64,000 bases of DNA from Eledone cirrhosa (lineage: Eukaryota). Below are positions 40,801 to 57,379 of this stretch, piece by piece. The notes beneath the pieces are model-generated. The model was not told the DNA's origin. It searched no databases and was given only the letters and a program-made list of their open reading frames with translations. The number at the start of each line of letters is the position of its first letter. The first letter of the stretch is position 1. A program made the translations under genes and the position numbers. The DNA lies in contig OZ024742.1 of NCBI GenBank assembly GCA_964016885.1, positions 374,790,001-374,854,000 on the forward strand. Reading direction: 5' to 3'.

Positions 40801-43800
40801 ATTAATATCACAGTGAATACATTAATACCACTGTGACTACATTAATATCACTGTGGCTACATTAATACCACAGTGACTACATTAATATCACTGTGACTAC
40901 ATTAATATCACTGTGACTACATTAATACCACTGTGACTACATTAATACCACTGTGGCTACATTAATACCACTGTGACTACATTAATACCACAGTGACTAC
41001 ATTAATACCACTGTGACTACATTAATATCACTGTGACTACATTAATACCACAGTGACTACATTAATACCACTGTGACTACATTAATATCACTGTGACTAC
41101 ATTAATATCACTGTGACTATATTAATACCACTGTGGCTACATTAATACCACAGTGAATACATTAATACCACTGTGACTACATTAATACCACTGTGACTAC
41201 ATTAATATCACTGTGACTACATTAATACCACTGTGACTACATTAATATCACTGTGACTACATTAATATCACTGTGACTACATTAATATCACTGTGACTAC
41301 ATTAATACCACAGTGACTACATTAATATCACTGTGACTACATTAATATCACTGTGACTACATTAATATCACTGTGACTACATTAATATCACAGTGACTAC
41401 ATTAATACCACTGTGACTACATTAATACCACAGTGACTACATTAATATCACAGTGAATACATTAATACCACTGTGACTACATTAATATCACTGTGGCTAC
41501 ATTAATACCACAGTGACTACATTAATACCACTGTGACTACATTAATACCACAGTGAATACATTAATACCACTGTGACTACATTAATACCACAGTGACTAC
41601 ATTAATACCACAGTGACTACATTAATACCACTGTGACTACATTAATATCACTGTGACTACATTAATATCACAGTGAATACATTAATACCACAGTGGCTAC
41701 ATTAATACCACTGTGACTACATTAATACCACAGTGACTACATTAATACCACTGTGACTACATTAATACCACTGTGACTACATTAATATCACTGTGACTAC
41801 ATTAATACCACTGTGACTACATTAATATCACTGTGACTACATTAATATCACTGTGACTACATTAATATCACTGTGACTACATTAATACCACTGTGACTAC
41901 ATTAATATCACTGTGACTACATTAATACCACAGTGACTATATTAATATCACTGTGACTACATTAATACCACTGTGACTACATTAATATCACTGTGGCTAC
42001 ATTAATACCACTGTGGCTACATTAATACCACTGTGGCTACATTAATACCACTGTGGCTACATTAATACCACTGTGACTACATTAATACCACTGTGACTAC
42101 ATTAATACCACTGTGACTACATTAATATCACTGTGACTACATTAATACCACTGTGACTACATTAATACCACAGTGACTACATTAATACCACTGTGACTAC
42201 ATTAATACCACTGTGACTACATTAATACCACTGTGACTACATTAATACCACTGTGACTACATTAATATCACTGTGACTACATTAGTATCACTGTGGCTAC
42301 ATTAATACCACAGTGACTACATTAATATCACTGTGACTACATTAATACCACTGTGACTACATTAATACCACAGTGACTACATTAATATCACTGTGACTAC
42401 ATTAGTATCACTGTGGCTACATTAATACCACTGTGACTACATTAATACCACAGTGACTACATTAATATCACTGTGACTACATTAATACCACAGTGACTAC
42501 ATTAATATCACTGTGACTACATTAATACCACTGTGACTACATTAATATCACTGTGACTACATTAATACCACTGTGACTACATTAATACCACAGTGACTAC
42601 ATTAATATCACTGTGACTACATTAGTATCACTGTGGCTACATTAATACCACTGTGGCTACATTAATACCACAGTGACTACATTAATATCACTGTGACTAC
42701 ATTAATACCACAGTGACTACATTAATACCACTGTGACTACATTAATATCACTGTGACTACATTAGTATCACTGTGGCTACATTAATACCACTGTGACTAC
42801 ATTAATACCACTGTGACTACATTAATACCACTGTGACTACATTAATACCACAGTGACTACATTAATATCACTGTGACTACATTAATATCACTGTGACTAC
42901 ATTAATAGCAATGTGACTACATTAATATCACTGTGACTACATTAATACCACTGTGGCTACATTAATACCACAGTGACTACATTAATACCACTGTGGCTAC
43001 ATTAATAGCAATATGAGTACATTAATACCACTGTGACTACATTAATATCACTGTGACTACATTAATATCACTGTGACTATATTAATACCACTGTGGCTAC
43101 ATTAATACCACAGTGACTACATTAATACCACTGTGACTACATTAATAGCAATGTGACTACATTAATACCACTGTGACTACATTAATACCACTGTGACTAC
43201 ATTAATATCACTGTGACAACATTAATACCACTGTGACTACATTAATACCACTGTGACTACATTAATACCACTGTGGATACATTAATACCACTGTGGCTAC
43301 ATTAATACCACTGTGACTACATTAATACCACAGTGACTACATTAATATCACTGTGACTACATTAATACCACTGTGGATACATTAATACCACTGTGACTAC
43401 ATTAATATTACTGTGGCTACATTAATACCACTGTGACTACATTAATACCACTGTGACTACATTAATATCACTGTGGCTACATTAATACCACTGTGACTAC
43501 ATTAATACCACTGTGGATACATTAATACCACTGTGACTACATTAATATTACTGTGGCTACATTAATACCACTGTGACTACAGTAATAGCAATGTGACTAC
43601 ATTAATATCACTGTGACTACATTAATACCACTGTGGCTACATTAATATCACTGTGACTACATTAATATCACAGTGACTACATTAATATCACAGTGACTAC
43701 ATTAATACCACAGTGACTACATTAATACCACTGTGACTACATTAATATCACTGTGACTACATTAATACCACTGTGACTACATTAATACCACTGTGACTAC

Positions 43801-46800
43801 ATTAATACCACTGTGACTACATTAATATCACTGTGACTACATTAATACCACTGTGGATACATTAATACCACTGTGGCTACATTAATACCACTGTGACTAC
43901 ATTAATATTACTGTGGCTACATTAATACCACTGTGACTACATTAATACCACTGTGACTACATTAATACCACAGTGACTACATTAATACCACAGTGACTAC
44001 ATTAATACCACAGTGACTACATTAATACCACTGTGACTATATTAATACCACAGTGACTACATTAATACCACTGTGGCTACATTAATACCACTGTGACTAC
44101 ATTAATACCACAGTGACTACATTAATACCACTGTGGCTACATTAATACCACAGTGACTACATTAATACCACTGTGGCTACATTAATACCACTGTGACTAT
44201 ATTAATACCACTGTGACTACATTAATACCACAGTGACTACATTAATACCACTGTGACTACATTAATACCACAGTGACTACATTAATACCACTGTGGCTAC
44301 ATTAATAGCAATGTGACTACATTAATACCACTGTGACTACATTAATACCACTGTGACTACATTAATAGCAATGTGACTACATTAATACCACTGTGACTAC
44401 ATTAATACCACTGTGACTACATTAATAGCAATGTGACTACATTAATACCACTGTGACTACATTAATAGCAATGTGACTACATTAATACCACAGTGACTAC
44501 ATTAATACCACTGTGACTACATTAATAGCAATGTGACTACATTAATACCACTGTGACTACATTAATACCACTGTGACTACATTAATAGCAATGTGACTAC
44601 ATTAATACCACTGTGACTACATTAATAGCAATGTGACTACATTAATACCACTGTGGCTACATTAATACCACAGTGACTACATTAATATCACTGTGACCAC
44701 ATTAATAGCAATGTGACTACATTAATACCACTGTGGCTACATTAATACCACAGTGACTACATTAATATCACTGTGACCACATTAATAGCAATGTGACTAC
44801 ATTAATACCACTGTGGCTACATTAATACCACTGTGACTACATTAATATCACTGTGACTACATTAATACCACAGTGACTACATTAATACCACTGTGACTAC
44901 ATTAATACCACTGTGACTACATTAATATCACAGTGACTACATTAATAGCAATGTGACTACATTAATACCACTGTGACTACATTAATAGCAATGTGACTAC
45001 ATTAATATCACTGTGACTACATTAATAGCAATGTGACTACATTAATAGCAATGTGACTACATTAATACCACTGTGACTACATTAATATCACTGTGACTAC
45101 ATTAATACCACTGTGACTACATTAATACCACAGTGACTACATTAATAGCAATGTGACTACATTAATACCACTGTGACTACATTAATATCACTGTGACTAC
45201 ATTAATATCACTGTGACTACATTAATACCACTGTGACTACATTAATACCACTGTGACTACATTAATACCACAGTGACTACATTAATACCACTGTGACTAC
45301 ATTCACATCACTGAGACTACATTAATATCACTGTGACTACATTAATACCACTTTGACTACATTAATATCACTGTGACTACATTAATATCACTGTGACTAC
45401 ATTAATATCACTGTGACTACATTAATACCACTGTGACTACATTAATACCACTGTGGCTACAGTAATACCACTGTGACTACATTAATACCACTGTGACTAC
45501 ATTAATACCACTGTGGCTACAGTAATACCACTGTGGCTACAGTAATACCACTGTGACTACATTAATACCACAGTGACTACATTAATACCACTGTGACTAC
45601 ATTAATACCACTGTGGCTACAGTAATACCACTGTGACTACATTAATACCACTGTGGCTACAGTAATACCACAGTGACTACATTAATACCACTGTGACTAC
45701 ATTAATACCACTGTGGCTACAGTAATACCACTGTGACTACATTAATACCACTGTGGCTACAGTAATACCACTGTGACTACATTAATACCACAGTGACTAC
45801 ATTAATACCACTGTGACTACATTAATATCACTGTGGCTACAGTAATACCACTGTGACTACATTAATACCACTGTGGCTACAGTAATACCACTGTGACTAC
45901 ATTAATACCACTGTGACTACATTAATACCACTGTGGCTACAGTAATACCACTGTGGCTACAGTAATACCACTGTGACTACATTAATACCACTGTGGCTAC
46001 AGTAATACCACTGTGGCTACAGTAATACCACTGTGACTACATTAATACCACTGTGGCTACAGTAATACCACTGTGACTACATTAATACCACAGTGACTAC
46101 ATTAATACCACTGTGACTACATTAATATCACTGTGGCTACATTAATATCACAGTGACTACATTAATACCACAGTGACTACATTAATATCACTGTGACTAC
46201 ATTAATATCACTGTGGCTACATTAATATCACAGTGACTACATTAATACCACTGTGGCTACATTAATATCACTGTGACTACATTAATATCACTGTGACTAC
46301 ATTAATATCACTGTGACTACATTAATATCACTGTGACTACATTAATACCACTGTGGCTACATTAATACCACAGTGACTACATTAATACCACAGTGACTAC
46401 ATTAATACCACTGTGACTAGATTAATACCACTGTGACTACATTCACATCACTGTGACTACATTCACATCACTGTGACTACATTAATACCACTGTGACTAC
46501 ATTAATACCACTGTGGCTACATTAATACCACTGTGACTACAGTAATATCACTCTGACTACATTAATACCACTGTGACTACATTAATACCACTGTGACTAG
46601 ATTAATACCACTGTGACTACATTAATACCACTGTGACTACATTAATATCACTGTGACTACATTAATACCACAGTGACTACATTAATACCACAGTGACTAC
46701 ATTAATACCACTGTGGCTACATTAATACCACTGTGACTACATTAATATCACTGTGACTACATTAATACCACAGTGACTACATTAATACCACTGTGACTAC

Positions 46801-49800
46801 ATTAATACCACTGTGACTACATTAATATCACTGTGACTACATTAATACCACAGTGACTACATTAATACCACAGTGACTACATTAATATCACTGTGACTAC
46901 ATTAATACCACTGTGACTACATTAATACCACTGTGACTACATTAATATCACTGTGACTACAGTAATACCACAGTGACTACATTAATATCACTGTGACTAC
47001 ATTAATACCACTGTGACTACATTAATACCACTGTTTCTACATTAATATCACTGTGGCTACATTAATATCACTGTGACTACATTAATACCACTGTGACTAC
47101 ATTAATACCACTGTGACTACATTAATATCACAGTGACTACATTAATACCACAGTGACTACATTAATATCACTGTGACTACATTAATACCACAGTGACTAC
47201 ATTAATATCACTGTGACTACATTAATACCACTGTGACTACATTAATACCACTGTGACCACATTAGTATCACTGTGACTACATTAATACCACTGTGACTAC
47301 ATTAATATCACAGTGACTACATTAATATCACTGTGACTACATTAATACCACTGTGACTACATTAATACCACAGTGACTACATTAATATCACTGTGACTAC
47401 ATTAATACCACTGTGACTACATTAATACCACTGTGACCACATTAGTATCACTGTGACTACATTAATACCACTGTGACTACATTAATACCACTGTGACCAC
47501 ATTAGTATCACTGTGACTACATTAATACCACTGTGACTACATTAATACCACTGTGGCTACATTAATACCACTGTGGCTACATTAATATCACTGTGACTAC
47601 ATTAATATCACTGTGACTACATTAATACCACTGTGACCACATTAGTATCACTGTGACTACATTAATACCACTGTGACTACATTAATATCACAGTGACTAC
47701 ATTAATATCACAGTGACTACATTAATACCACTGTGACTACATTAATATCACTGTGGCTACATTAATATCACTGTGACTACATTAATACCACTGTGACTAC
47801 ATTAATACCACAGTGACTACATTAATACCACTGTGGCTACATTAATATCACTGTGACTACATTAATATCACTGTGACTACATTAATACCACTGTGACTAC
47901 ATTAATACCACAGTGACTACATTAATACCACTGTGACTACATTAATACCACAGTGACTACATTAATACCACAGTGACTACATTAATACCACAGTGACTAC
48001 ATTAATATCACTGTGACTACATTAATATCACTGTGACTACATTAATATCACTGTGACTACATTAATACCACTGTGACTACATTAATACCACTGTGACTAC
48101 ATTAATAGCAATGTGACTACATTAATACCACTGTGACTACATTAATATCACTGTGACTACATTAATACCACTGTGGCTACATTAATATCACTGTGACTAC
48201 ATTAATACCACTGTGACTACATTAATACCACAGTGACTACATTAATACCACTGTGACTACATTAATATCACAGTGACTACATTAATACCACAGTGACTAC
48301 ATTAATATCACTGTGACTACATTAATACCACTGTGACTACATTAATATCACTGTGACTACATTAATACCACAGTGACTACATTAATATCACTGTGACTAC
48401 ATTAATATCACTGTGACTACATTAATACCACAGTGACTACATTAATATCACTGTGACCACATTAGTATCACTGTGACTACATTAATACCACAGTGACTAC
48501 ATTAATATCACAGTGACTACATTAATACCACAGTGACTACATTAATATCACTGTGACTACATTAATACCACTGTGACTACATTAATATCACTGTGACCAC
48601 ATTAGTATCACTGTGACTACATTAATACCACTGTGACTACATTAATACCACAGTGACTACATTAATATCACTGTGACTACATTAATACCACTGTGACTAC
48701 ATTAATATCACTGTGACTACATTAATACCACTGTGACTACATTAATACCACTGTGGCTACATTAATATCACTGTGACTACATTAATATCACAGTGACTAC
48801 ATTAATATCAATGTGACTACATTAATACCACAGTGACTACATTAATATCACTGTGACTACATTAATACCACTGTGACTACATTAATATCACTGTGACTAC
48901 ATTAATACCACTGTGACTACATTAATACCACTGTGGCTACATTAATATCACTGTGACTACATTAATATCACTGTGACTACATTAATATCACTGTGACTAC
49001 ATTAATACCACTGTGACTACATTAATATCACTGTGACTACATTAATACCACAGTGACTACATTAATATCACTGTGACTACATTAATACCACTGTGACTAC
49101 ATTAATATCACTGTGACTACATTAATACCACTGTGACTACATTAATACCACTGTGGCTACATTAATATCACTGTGACTACATTAATATCACAGTGACTAC
49201 ATTAATATCAATGTGACTACATTAATACCACAGTGACTACATTAATATCAATGTGACTACATTAATATCACAGTGACTACATTAATATCACTGTGACTAC
49301 ATTAATACCACAGTGACTACATTAATACCACTGTGGCTACATTAATACCACTGTGACTACATTAATACCACAGTGACTACATTAATACCACTGTGGCTAC
49401 ATTAATACCACTGTGACTACATTAATATCACTGTGACTACATTAATACCACAGTGACTACATTAATACCACTGTGACTACATTAATATCACTGTGACTAC
49501 ATTAATACCACTGTGACTACATTAATATCACTGTGACTACATTAATACCACTGTGACTACATTAATACCACTGTGACTACATTAATACCACTGTGACTAC
49601 ATTAATATCACTGTGACTACATTAATACCACTGTGGCTACATTAATACCACTGTGGCTACATTAATATCACTGTGACTACATTAATATCACTGTGACTAC
49701 ATTAATATCACTGTGACTACATTAATATCACTGTGACTACATTAATATCACTGTGGCTACATTAATATCACTGTGACTACATTAATACCACTGTGGCTAC

Positions 49801-52800
49801 ATTAATACCACTGTGGCTACATTAATACCACTGTGGCTACATTAATATCACTGTGGCTACAGTAATACCACTGTGACTACATTAATACCACTGTGACTAC
49901 ATTAATATCACTGTGACTACATTAATATCACTGTGACTACATTAATATCACTGTGGCTACATTAATATCACTGTGACTACATTAATATCACTGTGACTAC
50001 ATTAATATCACTGTGACTACATTAATATCACTGTGACTACATTAATATCACTGTGACTACATTAATATCACTGTGACTACATTAATATCACTGTGACTAC
50101 ATTAATATCACTGTGACTACATTAATATCACTGTGACTACATTAATATCACTGTGACTACATTAATATCACTGTGACTACATTAATATCACTGTGACTAC
50201 ATTAATATCACTGTGACTACATTAATATCACTGTGACTACATTAATATCACTGTGACTACATTAATATCACTGTGACTACATTAATATCACTGTGACTAC
50301 ATTAATATCACTGTGACTACATTAATATCACTGTGACTACATTAATATCACTGTGACTACATTAATATCACTGTGACTACATTAATATCACTGTGACTAC
50401 ATTAATATCACTGTGACTACATTAATACCACTGTGACTACATTAATACCACTGTGGCTACATTAATATCACTGTGACTAGATTAATACCACTGTGACTAC
50501 ATTAATACCACAGTGACTACATTAATACCACTGTGACTACATTAATACCACAGTGACTACATTAATACCACAGTGACTAGATTAATATCACTGTGACTAC
50601 ATTAATATCACTGTGACTAGATTAATATCACTGTGACTACATTAGTACCACTGTGACTACATTAATACCACTGTGGCTACATTAATACCACTGTGACTAC
50701 ATTAATATCACTGTGACTACATTAATACCACTGTGACTACATTAATATCACTGTGACTACATTAATACCACTGTGACTACATTAATACCACTGTGGCTAC
50801 ATTAATACCACTGTGACTACATTAATATCACTGTGACTACATTAGTACCACTGTGACTACATTAATACCACTGTGGCTACATTAATATCACTGTGACTAG
50901 ATTAATACCACTGTGACTACATTAATACCACAGTGACTACATTAATACCACTGTGACTACATTAATACCACAGTGACTACATTAATACCACAGTGACTAG
51001 ATTAATATCACTGTGACTACATTAATATCACTGTGACTACATTAGTACCACTGTGACTACATTAATACCACTGTGGCTACATTAATACCACTGTGACTAC
51101 ATTAATATCACTGTGACTACATTAATACCACTGTGACTACATTAATATCACTGTGACTACATTAATATCACTGTGACTACATTAATATCACTGTGACTAC
51201 ATTAATACCACTGTGGCTACATTAATACCACTGTGACTACATTAATATCACTGTGACTACATTAATACCACTGTGACTACATTAATACCACTGTGGCTAC
51301 ATTAATACCACTGTGACTACATTAATATCACTGTGACTACATTAATATCACAGTGACTAGATTAATATCACTGTGACTACATTAATATCACTGTGACTAC
51401 ATTAATACCACAGTGACTAGATTAATATCACTGTGACTACATTAATATCACTGTGACTACATTAGTATCACTGTGACTACATTAATACCACTGTGACTAC
51501 ATTAATATCACTGTGACTACATTAATATCACTGTGACTACATTAATATCACTGTGACTACATTAATATCACTGTGACTACATTAATACCACAGTGACTAC
51601 ATTAATACCACTGTGACTACATTAATACCACTGTGACTACATTAATACCACTGTGGCTACAGTAATACCACAGTGACTACATTAATACCACAGTGACTAC
51701 ATTAATATCACTGTGACTACATTAATATCACTGTGACTACATTAATACCACTGTGACTACATTAATACCACAGTGACTACATTAATATCACTGTGACTAC
51801 ATTAATACCACTGTGACTACATTAATACCACAGTGACTACATTAATATCACTGTGACTACATTAATACCACAGTGACTACATTAATACCACAGTGACTAC
51901 ATTAATATCACTGTGACTACATTAATATCACTGTGACTACATTAATATCACTGTGACTACATTAATACCACAGTGACTACATTAATATCACTGTGACTAC
52001 ATTAATACCACTGTGACTACATTAATACCACAGTGACTACATTAATATCACTGTGACTACATTAATACCACAGTGACTACATTAATATCACTGTGGCTAC
52101 ATTAATACCACTGTGACTACATTAATATCACAGTGACTACATTAATATCACTGTGACTACATTAATACCACAGTGACTACATTAATATCACTGTGACTAC
52201 ATTAATACCACAGTGACTACATTAATATCACTGTGGCTACATTAATACCACTGTGACTACATTAATATCACTGTGGCTACATTAATACCACTGTGACTAC
52301 ATTAATATCACAGTGACTACATTAATATCACTGTGACTACATTAATACCACAGTGACTACATTAATATCACTGTGACTACATTAATACCACAGTGACTAC
52401 ATTAATATCACTGTGGCTACATTAATACCACTGTGACTACATTAATATCACAGTGACTACATTAATATCACTGTGACTACATTAATACCACAGTGACTAC
52501 ATTAATATCACTGTGACTACATTAATACCACAGTGACTACATTAATATCACTGTGGCTACATTAATACCACTGTGACTACATTAATATCACAGTGACTAC
52601 ATTAATATCACTGTGACTACATTAATACCACTGTGACTACATTAATACCACTGTGACTACATTAATACCACTGTGACTACATTAATACCACTGTGACTAC
52701 ATTAATACCACTGTGACTACATTAATACCACAGTGACTACATTAATATCACTGTGACTACATTAATCCCACTGTGACTACATTAATACCACTGTGACTAC

Positions 52801-55325
52801 ATTAATATCACTGTGACTACATTAATATCACTGTGACTACATTAATACCACTGTGACTACATTAATATCACTGTGACTACATTAATACCACTGTGACTAC
52901 ATTAATACCACTGTGACTACATTAATATCACTGTGACTACATTAATATCACTGTGACTACATTAATACCACTGTGACTACATTAATATCACTGTGACTAC
53001 ATTAATACCACTGTGACTACATTAATACCACTGTGACTACATTAATATCACTGTGACTACATTAATATCACTGTGACTACATTAATACCACTGTGACTAC
53101 ATTAATATCACTGTGACTACATTAATATCACTGTGACTACATTAATACCACTGTGACTACATTAATATCACTGTGACTACATTAATACCACTGTGACTAC
53201 ATTAATATCACTGTGACTACATTAATACCACTGTGACTACATTAATATCACTGTGACTACATTAATATCACTGTGACTACATTAATACCACTGTGACTAC
53301 ATTAATATCACTGTGACTACATTAATATCACTGTGGCTACATTAATACCACAGTGACTACATTAATACCACTGTGACTACATTAATATCACTGTGACTAC
53401 ATTAATATCACTGTGACTACATTAATACCACTGTGACTACATTAATATCACTGTGACTACATTAATATCACTGTGACTACATTAATATCACTGTGACTAC
53501 ATTAATATCACTGTGACTACATTAATATCACTGTGACTACATTAATACCACTGTGACTACATTAATATCACTGTGACTACATTAATATCACTGTGACTAC
53601 ATTAATATCACTGTGACTACATTAATATCACTGTGACTACATTAATATCACTGTGACTACATTAATATCACAGTGACTACATTAATACCACTGTGACTAC
53701 ATTAATATCACTGTGACTACATTAATACCACTGTGACTACAGTAATATCACTGTGACTACATTAATACCACTGTGACTACAGTAATATCACTGTGACTAC
53801 AGTAATAGCAATGTGACTACATTAATATCACTGTGACTACATTAATATCACTGTGGCTAGATTAATATCACTGTGACTACATTAATATCACTGTGACTAC
53901 ATTAATATCACTGTGACTACATTAATATCACAGTGACTACATTAATACCACTGTGACTACATTAATATCACTGTGACTACATTAATACCACTGTGACTAC
54001 AGTAATATCACTGTGACTACATTAATACCACTGTGACTACAGTAATATCACTGTGACTACAGTAATAGCAATGTGACTACATTAATACCACTGTGGCTAC
54101 ATTAATATCACTGTGGCTACATTAATATCACCGTGACTACAGTAATATCACTGTGACTACATTAATACCACTGTGGCTACATGAATACCACAGTGACTAC
54201 ATTAATATCACTGTGGCTACATTAATACCACTGTGACTACGTTAATACCACTGTGACTACTTTAATATCACTGTGACTACAGTAATATTACTGTGGCTAC
54301 ATTAATACCACTGTGACTACATTAATACCACAGTGACTACATTAATATCACCGTGACTACATTAATATCACCGTGACTACAGTAATATTACTGTGGCTAC
54401 ATTAATATCACTGTGACTACAGTAATATCACTGTGGCTACATTAATACCACTGTGGCTACATGAATACCACAGTGACTACATTAATATCACTGTGGCTAC
54501 ATTAATATCACTGTGACTACATTAATACCACAGTGACTACATTAATATCACTGTGACTACAGTAATATTACTGTGGCTACATTAATACCACTGTGACTAC
54601 ATTAATACCACAGTGACTACATTAATATCACTGTGACTACAGTAATATCACTGTGGCTACATTAATACCACTGTGACTACAGTAATACCACAGTGACTAC
54701 ATTAATATCACTGTGACTACAGTAATATTACTGTGGCTACATTAATACCACTGTGGCTACATGAATACCACAGTGACTACATTAATATCACTGTGGCTAC
54801 ATTAATATCACTGTGACTACAGTAATACCACAGTGACTACATTAATATCACAGTGACTACAGTAATATTACTGTGGCTACATTAATACCACTGTGACTAC
54901 ATTAATACCACAGTGACTACATTAATATCACTGTGACTACATTAATATCACTGTGACTACAGTAATATCACTGTGGCTACATTAATATCACTGTGACTAC
55001 ATTAATATCACTGTGACTACATTAATATCACCGTGACTACAGTAATACCACTGTGACTACATTAATACCACTGTGACTACATTAATACCACTGTGACTAC
55101 ATTAATATCACTGTGACTACATTAATATCACCGTGACTACAGTAATACCACTGTGACTACATTAATATCACTGTGACTACATTAATATCACCGTGACTAC
55201 AGTAATATCACTGTGACTACATTAATATCACAGTGACTACATTAATACCACTGTGACTACATTAATACCACTGTGACTACTTTAATATCACCGTGACTAC
55301 AGTAATATCACAGTGACTACATTAA
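37826..55325. repeat. 17.5-kb satellite, 20-bp monomer ATTAATA(C/T)CAC(T/A)GTG(A/G)CTAC, ~875 copies
   Basis: Uninterrupted head-to-tail array with both ends in the window. Four 18-bp units lie near 39.4-40.0 kb. Confidence 0.99.
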
Positions 55326-57179
55326 CAAAAAAGCAGTGTGATAACACTGCTGTGACTTCATCACATTAAAATTTGAAGTCTTCCGTAGTTTAATACTTCA
55401 ATTTTTTACAAAGACCTGTCCACTAGTAAAGATACTAGAAACATTACTGGATGTTATGAGTTAATGTTACACACACACACATGCAATACACTAATGAAAG
55501 CTGTTTCAGGTGAGATAATCAATGTCAGGTGATCTAATTAGCTACTTATCTTATATAATTATGTTAATTTATTTGTTATATAGACTTTGTTTTTTAATTT
55601 GTTTGACTATTTCTAAGTAATAAAACCTTGCTGAGCTGGAAATGTTTAGATGTTTTGAGATTTGCTCTTGTTAGTGTTGTTAGAGAAGACATGCATACAT
55701 ATCTCACACACATACATACTTACACGCACACATACAACTCTCGCACGCACACAAACACTCACACACATACTCTTTCTCTTTTACACACACACATTCTCTC
55801 TCTCCCTCTCTCTCTCTCTCTCACATACACATAAGCACACACACACTCTCTCTCTCTCTCACACAAATAATAATATCTAAAAAGAAGGAAACCTTGAAAA
55901 TGTATCTTTGTTCATTGTTAATAGCAAAGAAGACTAATAACGTCCTAAAATCCTTTCTATCTCAGAAATCCAGTTTTCTCTTAGTTCTAAAGAGAACTGT
56001 TTTCTTATGAGTGAATTCTTGCTCTGTAGTCCAGGAGAGTAGCCCTTCTTCTCTAAGTGCTTTAATATATCTGGCAGCTAAGTCTCTTTGGCTATGGAAA
56101 CAAATTATGAACTACAATGACTTGTCAGAAGGCAAATATCCAAGAAATATTTATTGAAGAACAACTAAAAGAAACTAAATGAGGAAATCTATCTAAAAAA
56201 AACAAACTTTTTTTAGTAATCGAATTTGTTATTTTCATTTACAATGTTCTTTTCTCTTTTTCGAGGTTAACTTGTTTTGTTGTTTTTATCATTTGTAGAC
56301 AAGGATTTAGCTCAAGCTGTCCAATTTTTATGCAAGAAAGCAACTCAAGAGTTACTCAGTTAAAACAATTTTTATTTTAGTGAAGATAATAAATTGATAC
56401 TCAGTAAAAACAACAAAAAGAAATAAAATAATTTTTATCGTTTTTTTTTAGAAATGTTATTATATATATAAAGTTTATTGTCAGAAGTAATTTAAAAAAA
56501 CATTTATCACTTGAATAAAAAAATTATAATAAAATAAAACATAGTTTATAATTTTAATAACAACTAAATTTATATATATCTTGATAAATCTCATGAATGA
56601 CAAAAGTGCTAGATTCAAATTATAAACAATGCTTTATTATATGTTTAATCCAAGTGATAAACAGTGTTTTATTGCTTCTGACAAATACACTTTATTAATT
56701 TATTATTCTGTACACTACTGAAAACATACCTACAACACACACACAAATTATATATATATATATATATACATGCACTTTTATAACTAATTAATTAAATCTT
56801 TTTTATTGTGCACTTCTGATGAAATAGCATAAATTATGAACTATTCAATATTCACTAAAAATATTTTAGTTTAGGATACATATATATGTATGTGTATATA
56901 TATCATATATATGAGTGTGTGTATATATATATACACTCATATATATATATATATATATTGCCAGGTGGGGATAGCCGTCGGTGTTTGCATACCTACATCT
57001 TTCTAAATGTTTATTTATAAACATACCGTATTTCTTTAGAAATACGAAATTCCAATACCTATCTATATACAGCTATGCTCGAAGCTAAATTCTAATTCTC
57101 TTTCTCTCTCTCTATATATATATCCTATACATATGTGTGTGTGTGTGTATATATATATGTATATATATATATAGATATA

Positions 57180-57292
57180 TCATCATCATCATCATCACCG
57201 TTTTATGTCCATTCTTCCACGCTAGCATGGGTTAGACGGGTTGTCCTGTTGTGGGCAGTGTCCAGTCGGCTGACCTTGTCTTGCTCATACGG
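57180..57292 (+). mobile_element. Short retroposon end with (CAT)n
   Basis: (CAT)n-CGTTTTATGTCCATTCTTCCACGCTAGCATGGGTTAGAC, the reverse complement of the 19220 motif. Confidence 0.75.
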
Positions 57293-57379
57293 GAATATAT
57301 ATATCACATAGTTTTATAATTAATTGAAGTGTGTATGTGTATAGTTTTGTTCATCTTGCCAGCATAGGTCACTTCAGTT

